DNA from: Candidatus Multivorans sp.
GTDB taxonomy: Bacteria > Acidobacteriota > Thermoanaerobaculia > Multivoradales > Multivoraceae
DNA: 64,000 nucleotides
Direction: 5' to 3'
Assembly (NCBI GenBank): GCA_965224025.1
Contig: OZ245033.1
Location: 4,256,001-4,320,000 of the forward strand
Under the pieces are notes generated by a model. That model searched no databases. It saw only the letters and a program-made list of their open reading frames with translations, and was not told the origin of the DNA. The translations under genes were made by a program, and so were the position numbers. Shown here one piece after another: positions 50,512 through 59,425 of the stretch (positions are counted from its first letter, which is position 1; every line of letters starts with the position of its first letter).

Positions 50512-53418
50512 CTAGAACCGGTAGGCCTCGCGCGCGGGTCTGACCGGGCGCAGCATCCACCAGGGTCGCCGCAACCCACCCGGAGAGTCCCTGCCGGCCG
50601 GCCGCACGAGTTCCAGCCAGCGCTCGAACTGCGCGCGCGAGCCATCCGTGTCGACCGACACGTCGCCGCGCCGGTCGCCTGCTGCGGCGGGCGTCACGCG
50701 TACGGCCTGGTGCCAGCAGTGCTGTCCGGAGACCGGGTCCGCATGCACTGCGTGGGTCAGGTTTTGGTGCACGCCGACATCGGTCCACCAGACCCGCATC
50801 GTGTCCGGATCGTTCGAGCGAAACGGACCGCCGCTCTGCTTCGGTGTCAGCGCCCAATCGGAACCGTTCCGCGCCAGCGCGACGGTCATCATGCCGAGCC
50901 GTTGACCCGGCTGGCCCTCCGGCTTCCAGCGGCCCATGTGGTGACTGCACGCGACGACACCGGGGCGAATCCCCTCGGTGACCCACGCCTTGACCACGAA
51001 GTAGCCGAGGTCGGTGGTGACCCGGACCAGGCTGCCGGTGCCGCCAATGCCCAGACGCGCCGCGTCGGTCGGGTGGATCCAGAGCGGGTTCGTGTGCGCG
51101 ATCTCGTCGAGCCACTTCGAGTTCGCGCTCCGGGTGTGGATCTGTACGGGTATCCGGAACGTCGAGATCAATGGCATCTGCCCCGGCTCAAGCCGGCTCG
51201 GATGCACGTGGCTCTTGATGTAGGTGGGCGCCGCCAGCTCCGGCCATCCCCACTCGGCCAGGGTGTTCGACCAGAACTCCAGCTTGCCGGAAGGCGTCGG
51301 CCAGCCCCTGAGTATTTCGCCGTCGACCCGCACGCCGACCCGGCGGCGGCCGTCTTCGTCCGACTTGAGCGCGGTGCCCCCGTGCGCCTGCGGGCTCGCC
51401 GGAACCGGCGCGCGCGTGTAGACGCGGCCGCGTTCGTCGACGTGCGCATCCTCCAACTCCTCGTCCGGAACGGGCTGCTCGTAGACCCTTCCGACCTTGC
51501 TCGCGACCTCAAACGCGCCGTAGCGGCGCATGTACTCAAGTGGCGTCAACCCTTCCCGCGCGGCGACTTCAGGCAGCCCGGGAACCGTGTTCGCGAAGAT
51601 CCAGCCGTAGTACTCGTCGACGGTCATCTTCTCGCCGGGATTCTCGACCGACTCGAAGAACTCGCGGATTCCCAGCGAGCCGTCGGGATCGACGCGCCAG
51701 GTGAGCTCGATCCAGAACTCGTTCTCCTCCCACACTTCGCCTGGGTTCACCTCGCGGGTGTCGCCGATCTGTTCGCCCAGGCGGTCCCGGGCCGCCCTCA
51801 GCACGGGTTGGCGAAAGCCGAGCCACTGGCCGTCGTACTGCTCGTACGAGGTCAGATCGTGGCGCTCGGACGAATGCCCCATCGGCAGGACGTAGTCGGC
51901 GAAGTAGGCGGTTTCGTTCCAGGTCGGCGTCATCGCCACGTGCAGACCGATCCGGCGCGCGTCGCTCAGCATCTCGATCCAACTGAAGCCGTCCGGGTTG
52001 GTCCACACGGGGTTGTGGACGCGCGTGAAGTAGACGTCGAGGTAGGCGTCCTGGGCTCGCATCAGATGCGGCATCAGGAACGACATCTCCATCAGAGACA
52101 GGGGATACTCCCGCGGCCACTGCACCTCGTTCCACCGCGGCGGAGGACGCTTCGGAAGACGCGGCGGCCTGGGCACGAACTTGTTCCAGGCGTTGGGGAA
52201 CGTCCCGCCCTCGGTGGCCAGGGCGCCGAGGAGCGCGCTCAGAAGCGTGAGGGTGCGGGCGACCTGCCAGCCGCCGAGATTCCCGGCGCCGGCACTGCGC
52301 CAGTTGTGGGTGGCCAGACGGGTGCCGGCGGTCGAGATCACTTCCGCGACGGCGCGCAGCTCATCGGCATCGATCCCCGATTCGCTCGCCGCGTACTCGA
52401 AGGTGTACTCGGCGTACATCTCGCGCAGCGCTTCCTCAAAGCGCTCAAACGAGGCGCCGGCTTCGCCTTTGGCGGCCATGAAGTCCGGCCAGTTCCACCA
52501 CCGGCCCACGAAGTCACGGTCGTAGCGGCCCTCCCGGATCATCCAGTTCGCGACCGCCAGGAAGATCGCGGCTTCCGAGCCCGGATAGGGCGACAGCCAG
52601 TGGTCGGCATGGGTCGCGGTGTTCGAGAGGCGCGTGTCCAGGACGATCAGCTTGGCGCCGTTCTGCTTGCCCTCCATGATGCGCTGGGCGTGGGGGTTGA
52701 AGTAGTGGCCGGTCTCCAGGTGGCTGCTGACGAGGACGATGACCTTGGCGTTGGCGTGGTCCGGGCTCGGGCGGTCCATGCCCATCCACCAGTGGTAGCC
52801 GGCCCGCGCCCCGCTCGAGCAGACATTGGTGTGCGAGTTGTGCCCGTCGACGCCCCAGGCCGCAAGCATGCGTTCGGTGTATCCGTCCTCGCCGGGTCGG
52901 CCGACGTGGTACATGACTTCGTTGTGCCGCTCTTCCTCCAGGGCCTTGCGAATGCGCGCCGCGATGTCGTCGAGGGCGTCGTCCCACGACACGCGCTCCC
53001 ACTTTCCTTCCCCGCGCCCGCCGGCCCGCTTGAGCGGATGGAGAATGCGGTCGGGATCGGTGATCTGGTTGAGCGTGGCCGGTCCCTTGGCGCAGTTGCG
53101 ACCCCGTGAGCCCGGATGTTCGGGGTTGCCCTCGAACTTGCGTACCTGCAGCGTGTCGCGGTCGACGTAGGCGAGGAGTCCACACGCGGACTCGCAGTTG
53201 AAGCACGTGGTCGGAACCAGCATGTAACGCTTCTCGACGCGCCGCGGCCACGCTTTGGAATCGAGCTCGACCCAGTCGTTCCAACGCTCCTTCGGCGGAT
53301 AGGACGCGAGGTGGACGCGGCTGGCGCCGGGATAGAAGGTCTCGCTGCGGGCTTCGGCGTCGGCCCTTGCCGCCGAGACCAGGCGTTCCAGCTTCGCCAG
53401 GTTGTCCCGCTCGGTCAC
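50512..53418 (-). CDS. Mo-bisPGD (DMSO-reductase family) oxidoreductase catalytic subunit
   Basis: FS0 motif CFNCESAC...NCAKG, DRILHPLKR, HNSHTNVCS, ETAYFADYVLP, TPSGKLEF, LWIHPTDA. No twin-arginine signal seen; start (GTG 53418) approximate. Confidence 0.9.
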   Translation of the reverse strand: MTERDNLAKLERLVSAARADAEARSETFYPGASRVHLASYPPKERWNDWVELDSKAWPRRVEKRYMLVPTTCFNCESACGLLAYVDRDTLQVRKFEGNPEHPGSRGRNCAKGPATLNQITDPDRILHPLKRAGGRGEGKWERVSWDDALDDIAARIRKALEEERHNEVMYHVGRPGEDGYTERMLAAWGVDGHNSHTNVCSSGARAGYHWWMGMDRPSPDHANAKVIVLVSSHLETGHYFNPHAQRIMEGKQNGAKLIVLDTRLSNTATHADHWLSPYPGSEAAIFLAVANWMIREGRYDRDFVGRWWNWPDFMAAKGEAGASFERFEEALREMYAEYTFEYAASESGIDADELRAVAEVISTAGTRLATHNWRSAGAGNLGGWQVARTLTLLSALLGALATEGGTFPNAWNKFVPRPPRLPKRPPPRWNEVQWPREYPLSLMEMSFLMPHLMRAQDAYLDVYFTRVHNPVWTNPDGFSWIEMLSDARRIGLHVAMTPTWNETAYFADYVLPMGHSSERHDLTSYEQYDGQWLGFRQPVLRAARDRLGEQIGDTREVNPGEVWEENEFWIELTWRVDPDGSLGIREFFESVENPGEKMTVDEYYGWIFANTVPGLPEVAAREGLTPLEYMRRYGAFEVASKVGRVYEQPVPDEELEDAHVDERGRVYTRAPVPASPQAHGGTALKSDEDGRRRVGVRVDGEILRGWPTPSGKLEFWSNTLAEWGWPELAAPTYIKSHVHPSRLEPGQMPLISTFRIPVQIHTRSANSKWLDEIAHTNPLWIHPTDAARLGIGGTGSLVRVTTDLGYFVVKAWVTEGIRPGVVACSHHMGRWKPEGQPGQRLGMMTVALARNGSDWALTPKQSGGPFRSNDPDTMRVWWTDVGVHQNLTHAVHADPVSGQHCWHQAVRVTPAAAGDRRGDVSVDTDGSRAQFERWLELVRPAGRDSPGGLRRPWWMLRPVRPAREAYRF

Positions 53419-53426
53419 GAGTCGTT

Positions 53427-54974
53427 TCAGGAGAGAGGCACCGACTGGCCGGCCTGCAGATAGGCGTGCTCGTAGAGCAGCAGTCCAACCAGTCCCGCGG
53501 CCACACCGAGGTGGGCGCCCAGGCCCACGAGCACGAGCGCAGCCACGGCGAAGAAGAAGCCGGTCCAGTAAGGGCCCGCATAGCGACCACGAAGCATGCC
53601 CCGGGCAGCCAGGGCGGCGTGAGCGGTCGGGTGCGTCATCGTCGCCTCGCCAAGAGCCAGGAGGACATGGACGGCCAGCGAGGCCTGGAAGATCCACACG
53701 GCGCCGGCGCCGAGCGCCAGAGCTCCTCCCGCTGCCAGGTCAGCCAGCATCAGCGCGCCCGAGCCCGCGAGCAGCGCCTGGACGAGAAAGTGCGGCGGCA
53801 GCAGCGGGCTCTGCCAGAGGTCACGTGCGCGCGCCTGGGCCAGAAGGTACGCGGTGTAGACCGCGGCCGCGGCCGCGAGCGGGCCTCCGGCCCACGCCAA
53901 TACCTGCGTCCAATCGGGTCGGCCGGCCACAACCACGCCGATGTGTGCGGCTAGAAGCGCCCCATACGCGGTGATCGCAAAGCCCCCACGCACCAGCCAA
54001 CTGCCCCACTGCGGCTTGGCGAGCACCATCCAGAACCGCTCCGGATGCTCCAGGTCCCACACCAGGAGCGCGCCCGTCAGCACCAGGAAAGCGAGCGCCA
54101 TCAAGGGCCCGACGAGCGTCCACACCAGCGACGTCCAGGGGATCATGCCGGAGATCGCCAGCAGCAACGGCACCAGGTAGGCCCCCGCGGCGATCGACTT
54201 GGTGAACGTGTAGAGGCTCACCCGGAAGTCCCAGGGAATCTCGTGCGGGACGTCGTAGCTGAGCAGTGCCGCCGCGGAACTGTTGCGGGGACCGGTATGG
54301 CCGGACGACACCTTCCCGTTTCCGTTGTCCTGCTCACTCCACATGAACAGTCCGCCCTCCGGTTGGCGCGCGGCAAGGGGATCCAGCGTCGCACGGTCCG
54401 CGCCCTTGTAGAAGACCTTGGGCCGTGTCTCCTTCTCCGGCCGGCGCACCGCGACCGGTTCCTGGTGGACGACCTTCGAGACCTCGGAGAGCGGGTCGTT
54501 CATGTCGCCGACGATCAGCGCCTCGGTCGGACAGACGACGACGCACGCCGGCTCGAGGCCGATGTCGAGCCGATGCGCGCAGAAGTTGCACTTCTCGGCC
54601 GAGTGGTCGTCGGGATTGATGAAGATCGCATCGTACGGGCAAGCCGCGATGCACGCCTTGCATCCGATGCAAGAGGACTTGTCGAAGTCGACGATGCCGT
54701 CCTCCCGGCTGTACATCGCGGCGGTCGGGCAGGCCGCGACGCAGGGTGCGTCCTCACACTGGTTGCAGCGAGTGACCTGGAAGGCGCGCCGCGCGCGCGG
54801 ATGTCGCCCGATGTCGACGGACTTCACGTAGGTGCGCGTGACCGACAGCGGCACCTCGTTCTCGGACTTGCACGCGGTTGTACACGCATGGCACCCGATG
54901 CAACGCGTCTGGTCGATGACCTTGGCCCAGAGCGACGGCTGCGGTGCGGCGGAGGCCTCGCTCGTTGTGGGCAC
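53427..54974 (-). CDS. Fused 4Fe-4S electron-transfer subunit and NrfD/PsrC-type membrane anchor
   Basis: CIGCHACTTAC, CNQCEDAPCVAAC, CIGCKACIAACP, CNFCAHR...PACVVVCP, then DLEHPERF..SWL and about 8 TM helices. Confidence 0.92.
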   Translation of the reverse strand: MPTTSEASAAPQPSLWAKVIDQTRCIGCHACTTACKSENEVPLSVTRTYVKSVDIGRHPRARRAFQVTRCNQCEDAPCVAACPTAAMYSREDGIVDFDKSSCIGCKACIAACPYDAIFINPDDHSAEKCNFCAHRLDIGLEPACVVVCPTEALIVGDMNDPLSEVSKVVHQEPVAVRRPEKETRPKVFYKGADRATLDPLAARQPEGGLFMWSEQDNGNGKVSSGHTGPRNSSAAALLSYDVPHEIPWDFRVSLYTFTKSIAAGAYLVPLLLAISGMIPWTSLVWTLVGPLMALAFLVLTGALLVWDLEHPERFWMVLAKPQWGSWLVRGGFAITAYGALLAAHIGVVVAGRPDWTQVLAWAGGPLAAAAAVYTAYLLAQARARDLWQSPLLPPHFLVQALLAGSGALMLADLAAGGALALGAGAVWIFQASLAVHVLLALGEATMTHPTAHAALAARGMLRGRYAGPYWTGFFFAVAALVLVGLGAHLGVAAGLVGLLLYEHAYLQAGQSVPLS

Positions 54975-55060
54975 TGAGAGGTTCGGTCGCCAGGGTATGT
55001 CCGGTCTAGGGGGCGAGAGTCACCCTAACAGCCCGACGCGGCCCAGCCCGACTGTCGCCC

Positions 55061-57538
55061 TCAGCTCTTCCTGACGCCGCGGCCGGTTGCGCCTTCTGGC
55101 GGTGTATCGCGCAGGATGCCGGCGCGCTCCAACTCGTCTACCCGCGAAGCCGGAAACCCCAGAATCTCGACCAGAACCTCCCGGTTGTGCTCACCGAGAC
55201 AGGGCGCACCGCGGCGGTATGTCGGCGGCGTCGCGCTCATGCGGATCGGCAGCCCCGGGTACCGGCGCCGGCCGACTTCGGGGTGATCCACTTCGGCCCA
55301 GAAGCCGCGCGCTTCGAGGAACGAGTCTTCGGCCATGTCGCGAGCGTCGGCGACCGGCGCCGCCGTGACGCCGGCACGGAGCAGTCGGGCGACCAGGTCG
55401 TCCCGACCCCGGCTGCGGGTCCACTCGGACAGCATTTCGTCGATCCGGTCCTCGTCCGCCTGCCTCTGCTCAAGCGACATCGAGCCGAACATTTCGGGCA
55501 AGCCGGCGATGCCGCACAGCGCCTGCCACTCCCGGTCGCAACAGACGCTGATCGCGATCCACCGATCCTCGCCCAGGCACGGATAGCAGCCCTGGGGCGA
55601 CCGCTCCGGATGGCGGTTGCCGCGCCGAGGCCCGGCCGCTCCGCGAAGCTGGGCCGCCAGGATGTGATCGCCGAACATCGTCGCCGGCGCCTCGACCATC
55701 GGCGTTTCGACCGTGCCGCCCTCTCCCGCGGGCGACTGCGAGCGTCCGTAGAGCATCGCCAGCGTCCCGACCGCCGTGTGCAGCGCCGTCACCGGGTCCG
55801 GCCAGGCGATGCCCGACCGGTGCGGACCGCCGTCCCGATAGCCGAGTTCGGACGTCAGTCCCATGGTCGACTCGATCAGGGGACCGAACGCGAGCCGATC
55901 GCGGTAGGGACCGGCGTTGCCGAAGCCGGGCATGGAGACCGCGATCAGGCGCGGGTTGATGTCCAGCAGCTTCTCCGCGTCGAGCCCCAACTTCGGCATG
56001 ACCCGGGGGCTGAAGTTGTCGCAGACGACATCGGAGCGCTCGACGAGCTCCTCGAAGATGCGCAGCGCCTCCGGATCGTTCAACTCGAGCGTCACCGAGC
56101 GCTTGTTCCGGTTCATCTTGTTGAACGCGGCACTGCGATTGAACGGACGTTTCCCGGCATCATTCTCCGGGTAGAGGTGGCTGAGCCTGGCGATCCTCGC
56201 CGGCCGCGTCGCCGGGCCGCGCGCCCACGCCGCTTCGACCCTGATCACGTCGGCCCCGAGGTCGCCCAGGATCCGGGTCGCCAATGGTCCGGCCCAGACC
56301 CGGGTGAGATCGAGCACGCGGACGCCCTGGAGCGGCCCGTCGATCGATGCCGATGATTCCGAAGCGCCGCCGCTGATGGTCTGGCGCGCCCGCCAACCTG
56401 CAACCCCGTCAAGCGATGGCAGCACTCCGGCGACCGAGGAATCGATGACTGGCGCCGCTGCCGCGCCGCCCAAGAGAAACGGCCCACGCGGAACGAGCGG
56501 GCCGCTCCCGCCGTCGAGCGGCACGAAGAACTCGCGGGCCCGGAAGTGAGGGTCGTCCAGCACCTCCAGCGCATCGATCACCGGGCCGATCGGCACCCTG
56601 ACCCGCTCGCCCAGCTCGATGATCTCGGCCGCGGTGTGAGCCATCATCCATGGGTCGATCGCACGATCGAACTCCTCCCGGTGCTCCGCCCGGTCGGCAT
56701 CCTCCGCGAAGCGCGGATCTTCGGCAACACGACCGAGGCCGGCGGCACGAAGAAACGGGTTGAGCATCTCCTTGGCCGGCATGGCCAGCGACACGTAGCC
56801 GTCCTTGCAGCGATGCACCCCCACCGGGTGCCACGGGCCGCCCTGCGAGTTGCCGACCCGGCCGAGCACATAGCCCGCCTGAGTCCACATCACCGTCGTG
56901 TACTGGTGGAGCGCGGCCAGCGCCTCGACGTGGGAGACATCGACCGTCTGCCCTCGTCCGATGACGGGCCGCGCCAGAAGCGCCGCCAGACCGCCGATCA
57001 CCGCGTGGGCGCCCGCCTGGCAGCACGAATGAAGTCCCGGCCGCCCAATGGGCTCCCGGTGAGGAGCGCCGTTCAGGTAGAGGTGGCCGGACCAGGCGTC
57101 GTCCGTGAAACCGTTCGAACGAGGCGAGCCGGCTTGGCCCCAGACCTCGCGCCACGCCGTACCCAAGCCGAACGGAGACATCCGCGGCAGCACGGCCTGC
57201 GGCGCATCGGTCTCTTCGATCAGCGGCTCGAGCGGCCCCGGCGCGGCGCTCTCGATCACCACGTCCACGCCGCCGCGCTCGATCTGCTCAAGGACCTGCG
57301 CCCGACCCCCATCGGTGCTCGGCCGTAACCGCGCGGCGCGCTTACCGACGTTCAGGTACGCGTACTCCGCCCCGATGTCTCGCCAGCGCTCGCCGACCTC
57401 ACGCCACGGATCGCCGCCCGGCGGCTCGAGCCGCAGCACTTCGGCACCGCATGCCGCCAGCAGCCGCCCCGCATAGGCGCCCGCCGGCGAGCCCGCGACC
57501 TCGACCACACGCAGGTTGGAACAGGGATGATCCGTCAC
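55061..57538 (-). CDS. Family III CoA-transferase (CaiB/BaiF), double-domain
   Basis: Two tandem units: LRVVEV...GAEVLRLEPPGGDP and GPLQGVRVLDLTRVWAGP...NRNKRS...DNFSP, ending APCLGEHN. Start approximate. Confidence 0.9.
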   Translation of the reverse strand: MTDHPCSNLRVVEVAGSPAGAYAGRLLAACGAEVLRLEPPGGDPWREVGERWRDIGAEYAYLNVGKRAARLRPSTDGGRAQVLEQIERGGVDVVIESAAPGPLEPLIEETDAPQAVLPRMSPFGLGTAWREVWGQAGSPRSNGFTDDAWSGHLYLNGAPHREPIGRPGLHSCCQAGAHAVIGGLAALLARPVIGRGQTVDVSHVEALAALHQYTTVMWTQAGYVLGRVGNSQGGPWHPVGVHRCKDGYVSLAMPAKEMLNPFLRAAGLGRVAEDPRFAEDADRAEHREEFDRAIDPWMMAHTAAEIIELGERVRVPIGPVIDALEVLDDPHFRAREFFVPLDGGSGPLVPRGPFLLGGAAAAPVIDSSVAGVLPSLDGVAGWRARQTISGGASESSASIDGPLQGVRVLDLTRVWAGPLATRILGDLGADVIRVEAAWARGPATRPARIARLSHLYPENDAGKRPFNRSAAFNKMNRNKRSVTLELNDPEALRIFEELVERSDVVCDNFSPRVMPKLGLDAEKLLDINPRLIAVSMPGFGNAGPYRDRLAFGPLIESTMGLTSELGYRDGGPHRSGIAWPDPVTALHTAVGTLAMLYGRSQSPAGEGGTVETPMVEAPATMFGDHILAAQLRGAAGPRRGNRHPERSPQGCYPCLGEDRWIAISVCCDREWQALCGIAGLPEMFGSMSLEQRQADEDRIDEMLSEWTRSRGRDDLVARLLRAGVTAAPVADARDMAEDSFLEARGFWAEVDHPEVGRRRYPGLPIRMSATPPTYRRGAPCLGEHNREVLVEILGFPASRVDELERAGILRDTPPEGATGRGVRKS

Positions 57539-57602
57539 GAGACCGGGACGGTAGCAGCCGCCGCAGCCCACGACGCCGACCAAGGATCGGCGATAATCGA
57601 CC

Positions 57603-58502
57603 GTGGCCCGCAACATCCTGGAGACGATCGACCAGCTCAAGTCGGAGCTCGACGGGCTCCGGCCGCTGCCGCCTGATGTCGTCGGGCACGTCAGTCAGAA
57701 GCTCCGGCTGGAGTGGAACTACCACTCGAACGCGGTCGAGGGGAACTCACTCACGCTGGGCGAGACGAGGAGCCTGATCCTCCACGGCATCACTGCTCAC
57801 GGCAAACCGATGCGGGATCATCTGGACATCCAGGGTCACGACGACGCGGTCAAGGCGGTCGAAGACGCGGTAAGGAACGAGGAGGCCCTGAACGAGGTCT
57901 TCATTCGCAATCTGCACCGGGTGCTCCTGAAAGAGCCGTACAAGATGGACGCAAGGGCGCCGGACGGCCGCATCGTCAAGCGCAGAATCTCGATCGGCAG
58001 CTACAAGACGGCACCGAACAACGTCCTGACCACCACCGGCGAGGTCCACTACTTCACGGCGCCCGAACTCGTGAAGCCCGAGATGACCGACCTGCTCGAC
58101 TGGTACCACGAGAGCGAACAGATGGGCGAACACCCGATCGTTCTGGCGGCGGTCCTCCACTACCGCTTTGTAGCGATTCACCCGTTCGACGACGGCAACG
58201 GCCGCATGGCGCGGCTGCTGATGAACCTGATTCTCATCCGGCACGGTTACACGGTGGCCATGATCCGCGCCGAGGACCGTGGCCTGTACATCGACATCCT
58301 GGAGCGAGGGCAGCGAACCGGGCGTTCTCCAGTCGCCGGGGACTTGAGGGAGTTCATCGAGTTCGTCGCCTCCTGTTGCGAAAGCAGCCTGAGACTCCAC
58401 CTGAGAGCCGCGCAGGGAGAGTCCATCGACGAGCAGGGAGACATCCGGCGTGAGATCGACCTGTTCAAGAAGTCGCTCAATGAGCCGCCAAGCGAGCAGT
58501 GA
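57603..58502 (+). CDS. Fic-domain protein (class II, N-terminal inhibitory helix)
   Basis: HPFDDGNGRMAR catalytic motif; SNAVEGN (S/TxxxE(G/N)) inhibitory motif. Confidence 0.93.
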   Translation: MARNILETIDQLKSELDGLRPLPPDVVGHVSQKLRLEWNYHSNAVEGNSLTLGETRSLILHGITAHGKPMRDHLDIQGHDDAVKAVEDAVRNEEALNEVFIRNLHRVLLKEPYKMDARAPDGRIVKRRISIGSYKTAPNNVLTTTGEVHYFTAPELVKPEMTDLLDWYHESEQMGEHPIVLAAVLHYRFVAIHPFDDGNGRMARLLMNLILIRHGYTVAMIRAEDRGLYIDILERGQRTGRSPVAGDLREFIEFVASCCESSLRLHLRAAQGESIDEQGDIRREIDLFKKSLNEPPSEQ

Positions 58503-58572
58503 TGGACACGCTGAAACAGTCGTGAGGCGGTGTCTCCGCGCCGATGCTCGTCGTATGCTCACGCGCCGAAAC

Positions 58573-58645
58573 GGAACCCCGGTGGCGCGTCTCGCGCTAC
58601 CAGCGAACCACTCCGTACGTCCGCCATCGGACGCGCGGATGGCAC
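58573..58645 (+). repeat. REP-like repeat, 5' two-hairpin portion, diverged
   Basis: GGAACCCCGGTGGCGCG-TCT-CGCGCTACC...CGTCCG-CCAT-CGGACG...GGATGGCAC; compensatory change relative to the other long copies. Confidence 0.75.
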
Positions 58646-58661
58646 ACAGGAGACTCAGCCC

Positions 58662-59425
58662 ATGTCCATCGTCGACTTCAGCCTCAACGACCAGGTAGCC
58701 CTCGTGACCGGCGCCTCGCGCGGCATTGGCGAAGCCATTGCGCGCGGCTTTGCCGAGCAGGGCGCAACCGTCGTTCTTGCCTCGCGCAAGCAGGAGGGGC
58801 TCGACAAGGTCGCCGAGTCGATCCGGGCTGGCGGCGGCAAGGCGGTCCCGATCGCCTGCCACGCGGGTAACGTGGAGCAGATCGCCGCCCTGTTCGAGCG
58901 CATCGAGAGCGAGTTCGGGCGGCTCGACATCCTCGTCAACAACGCGGCGACGAACCCCTACTTCGGACCCGCGATCGACATGCCGGAGTGGGCCTTCGAC
59001 AAGACGCTCGAGGTCAACCTGAAGGGCTACTTCGTCCACATCCAGCAGGCGGCGCGGCTGATGAAGAAGCAGGGCTCGGGCAACGTGATCAGCGTCGCCT
59101 CGATCGCGGGCTGCGGCCGGGGCCGAACGAGCTGACCTACGCGCTGACCAAGGCGGCGGTGCTCAACATGACGCGCGGCTGGGCCAAGGAACTGGGTCAG
59201 TTCGGCATCCGGGTCAACGCGATCGCACCGGGCGTGGTCGAGACCTACTTCGCCAGCGTCCTCGTCGATTCCGAGGAGAAGCGGCAGGCGATCGCCAGCC
59301 GGACGCCGGTCGGCCGCCACGGACAGCCGAACGAGATCGCCGGCGCGGCGGTGTTCCTGGCGTCGAAGATGGGCAGCTACGTGACGGGGGCGACGATCGT
59401 CATGGACGGCGGCTCGTCGGCCTGA
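58662..59425 (+). pseudogene. Short-chain dehydrogenase/reductase split by a 1-nt frameshift (possibly a sequencing error)
   Basis: TGASRGIG, NNAATNP and SVASIAG in one frame; GLRPGPNELTYALTK (YxxxK), RVNAIAPG and DGG in the other; junction about 59108-59112. Confidence 0.8.

Noticed and set aside
50359-53109. 916-aa plus-strand ORF and many other long overlapping ORFs (e.g. 30100-32097, 62150-63967, 43748-45373)
   Set aside because: Antisense or alternate-frame shadows of well-supported genes; expected in high-GC DNA and carrying no recognisable motifs.
57603-58502. Fic gene as half of a toxin-antitoxin pair
   Set aside because: It carries its own inhibitory SxxxEG motif and has no adjacent antitoxin ORF; an ordinary class II Fic.
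59100-59135. Programmed frameshift in the SDR gene
   Set aside because: No slippery heptamer; a single missing base in a GC run fits a sequencing error or recent mutation.
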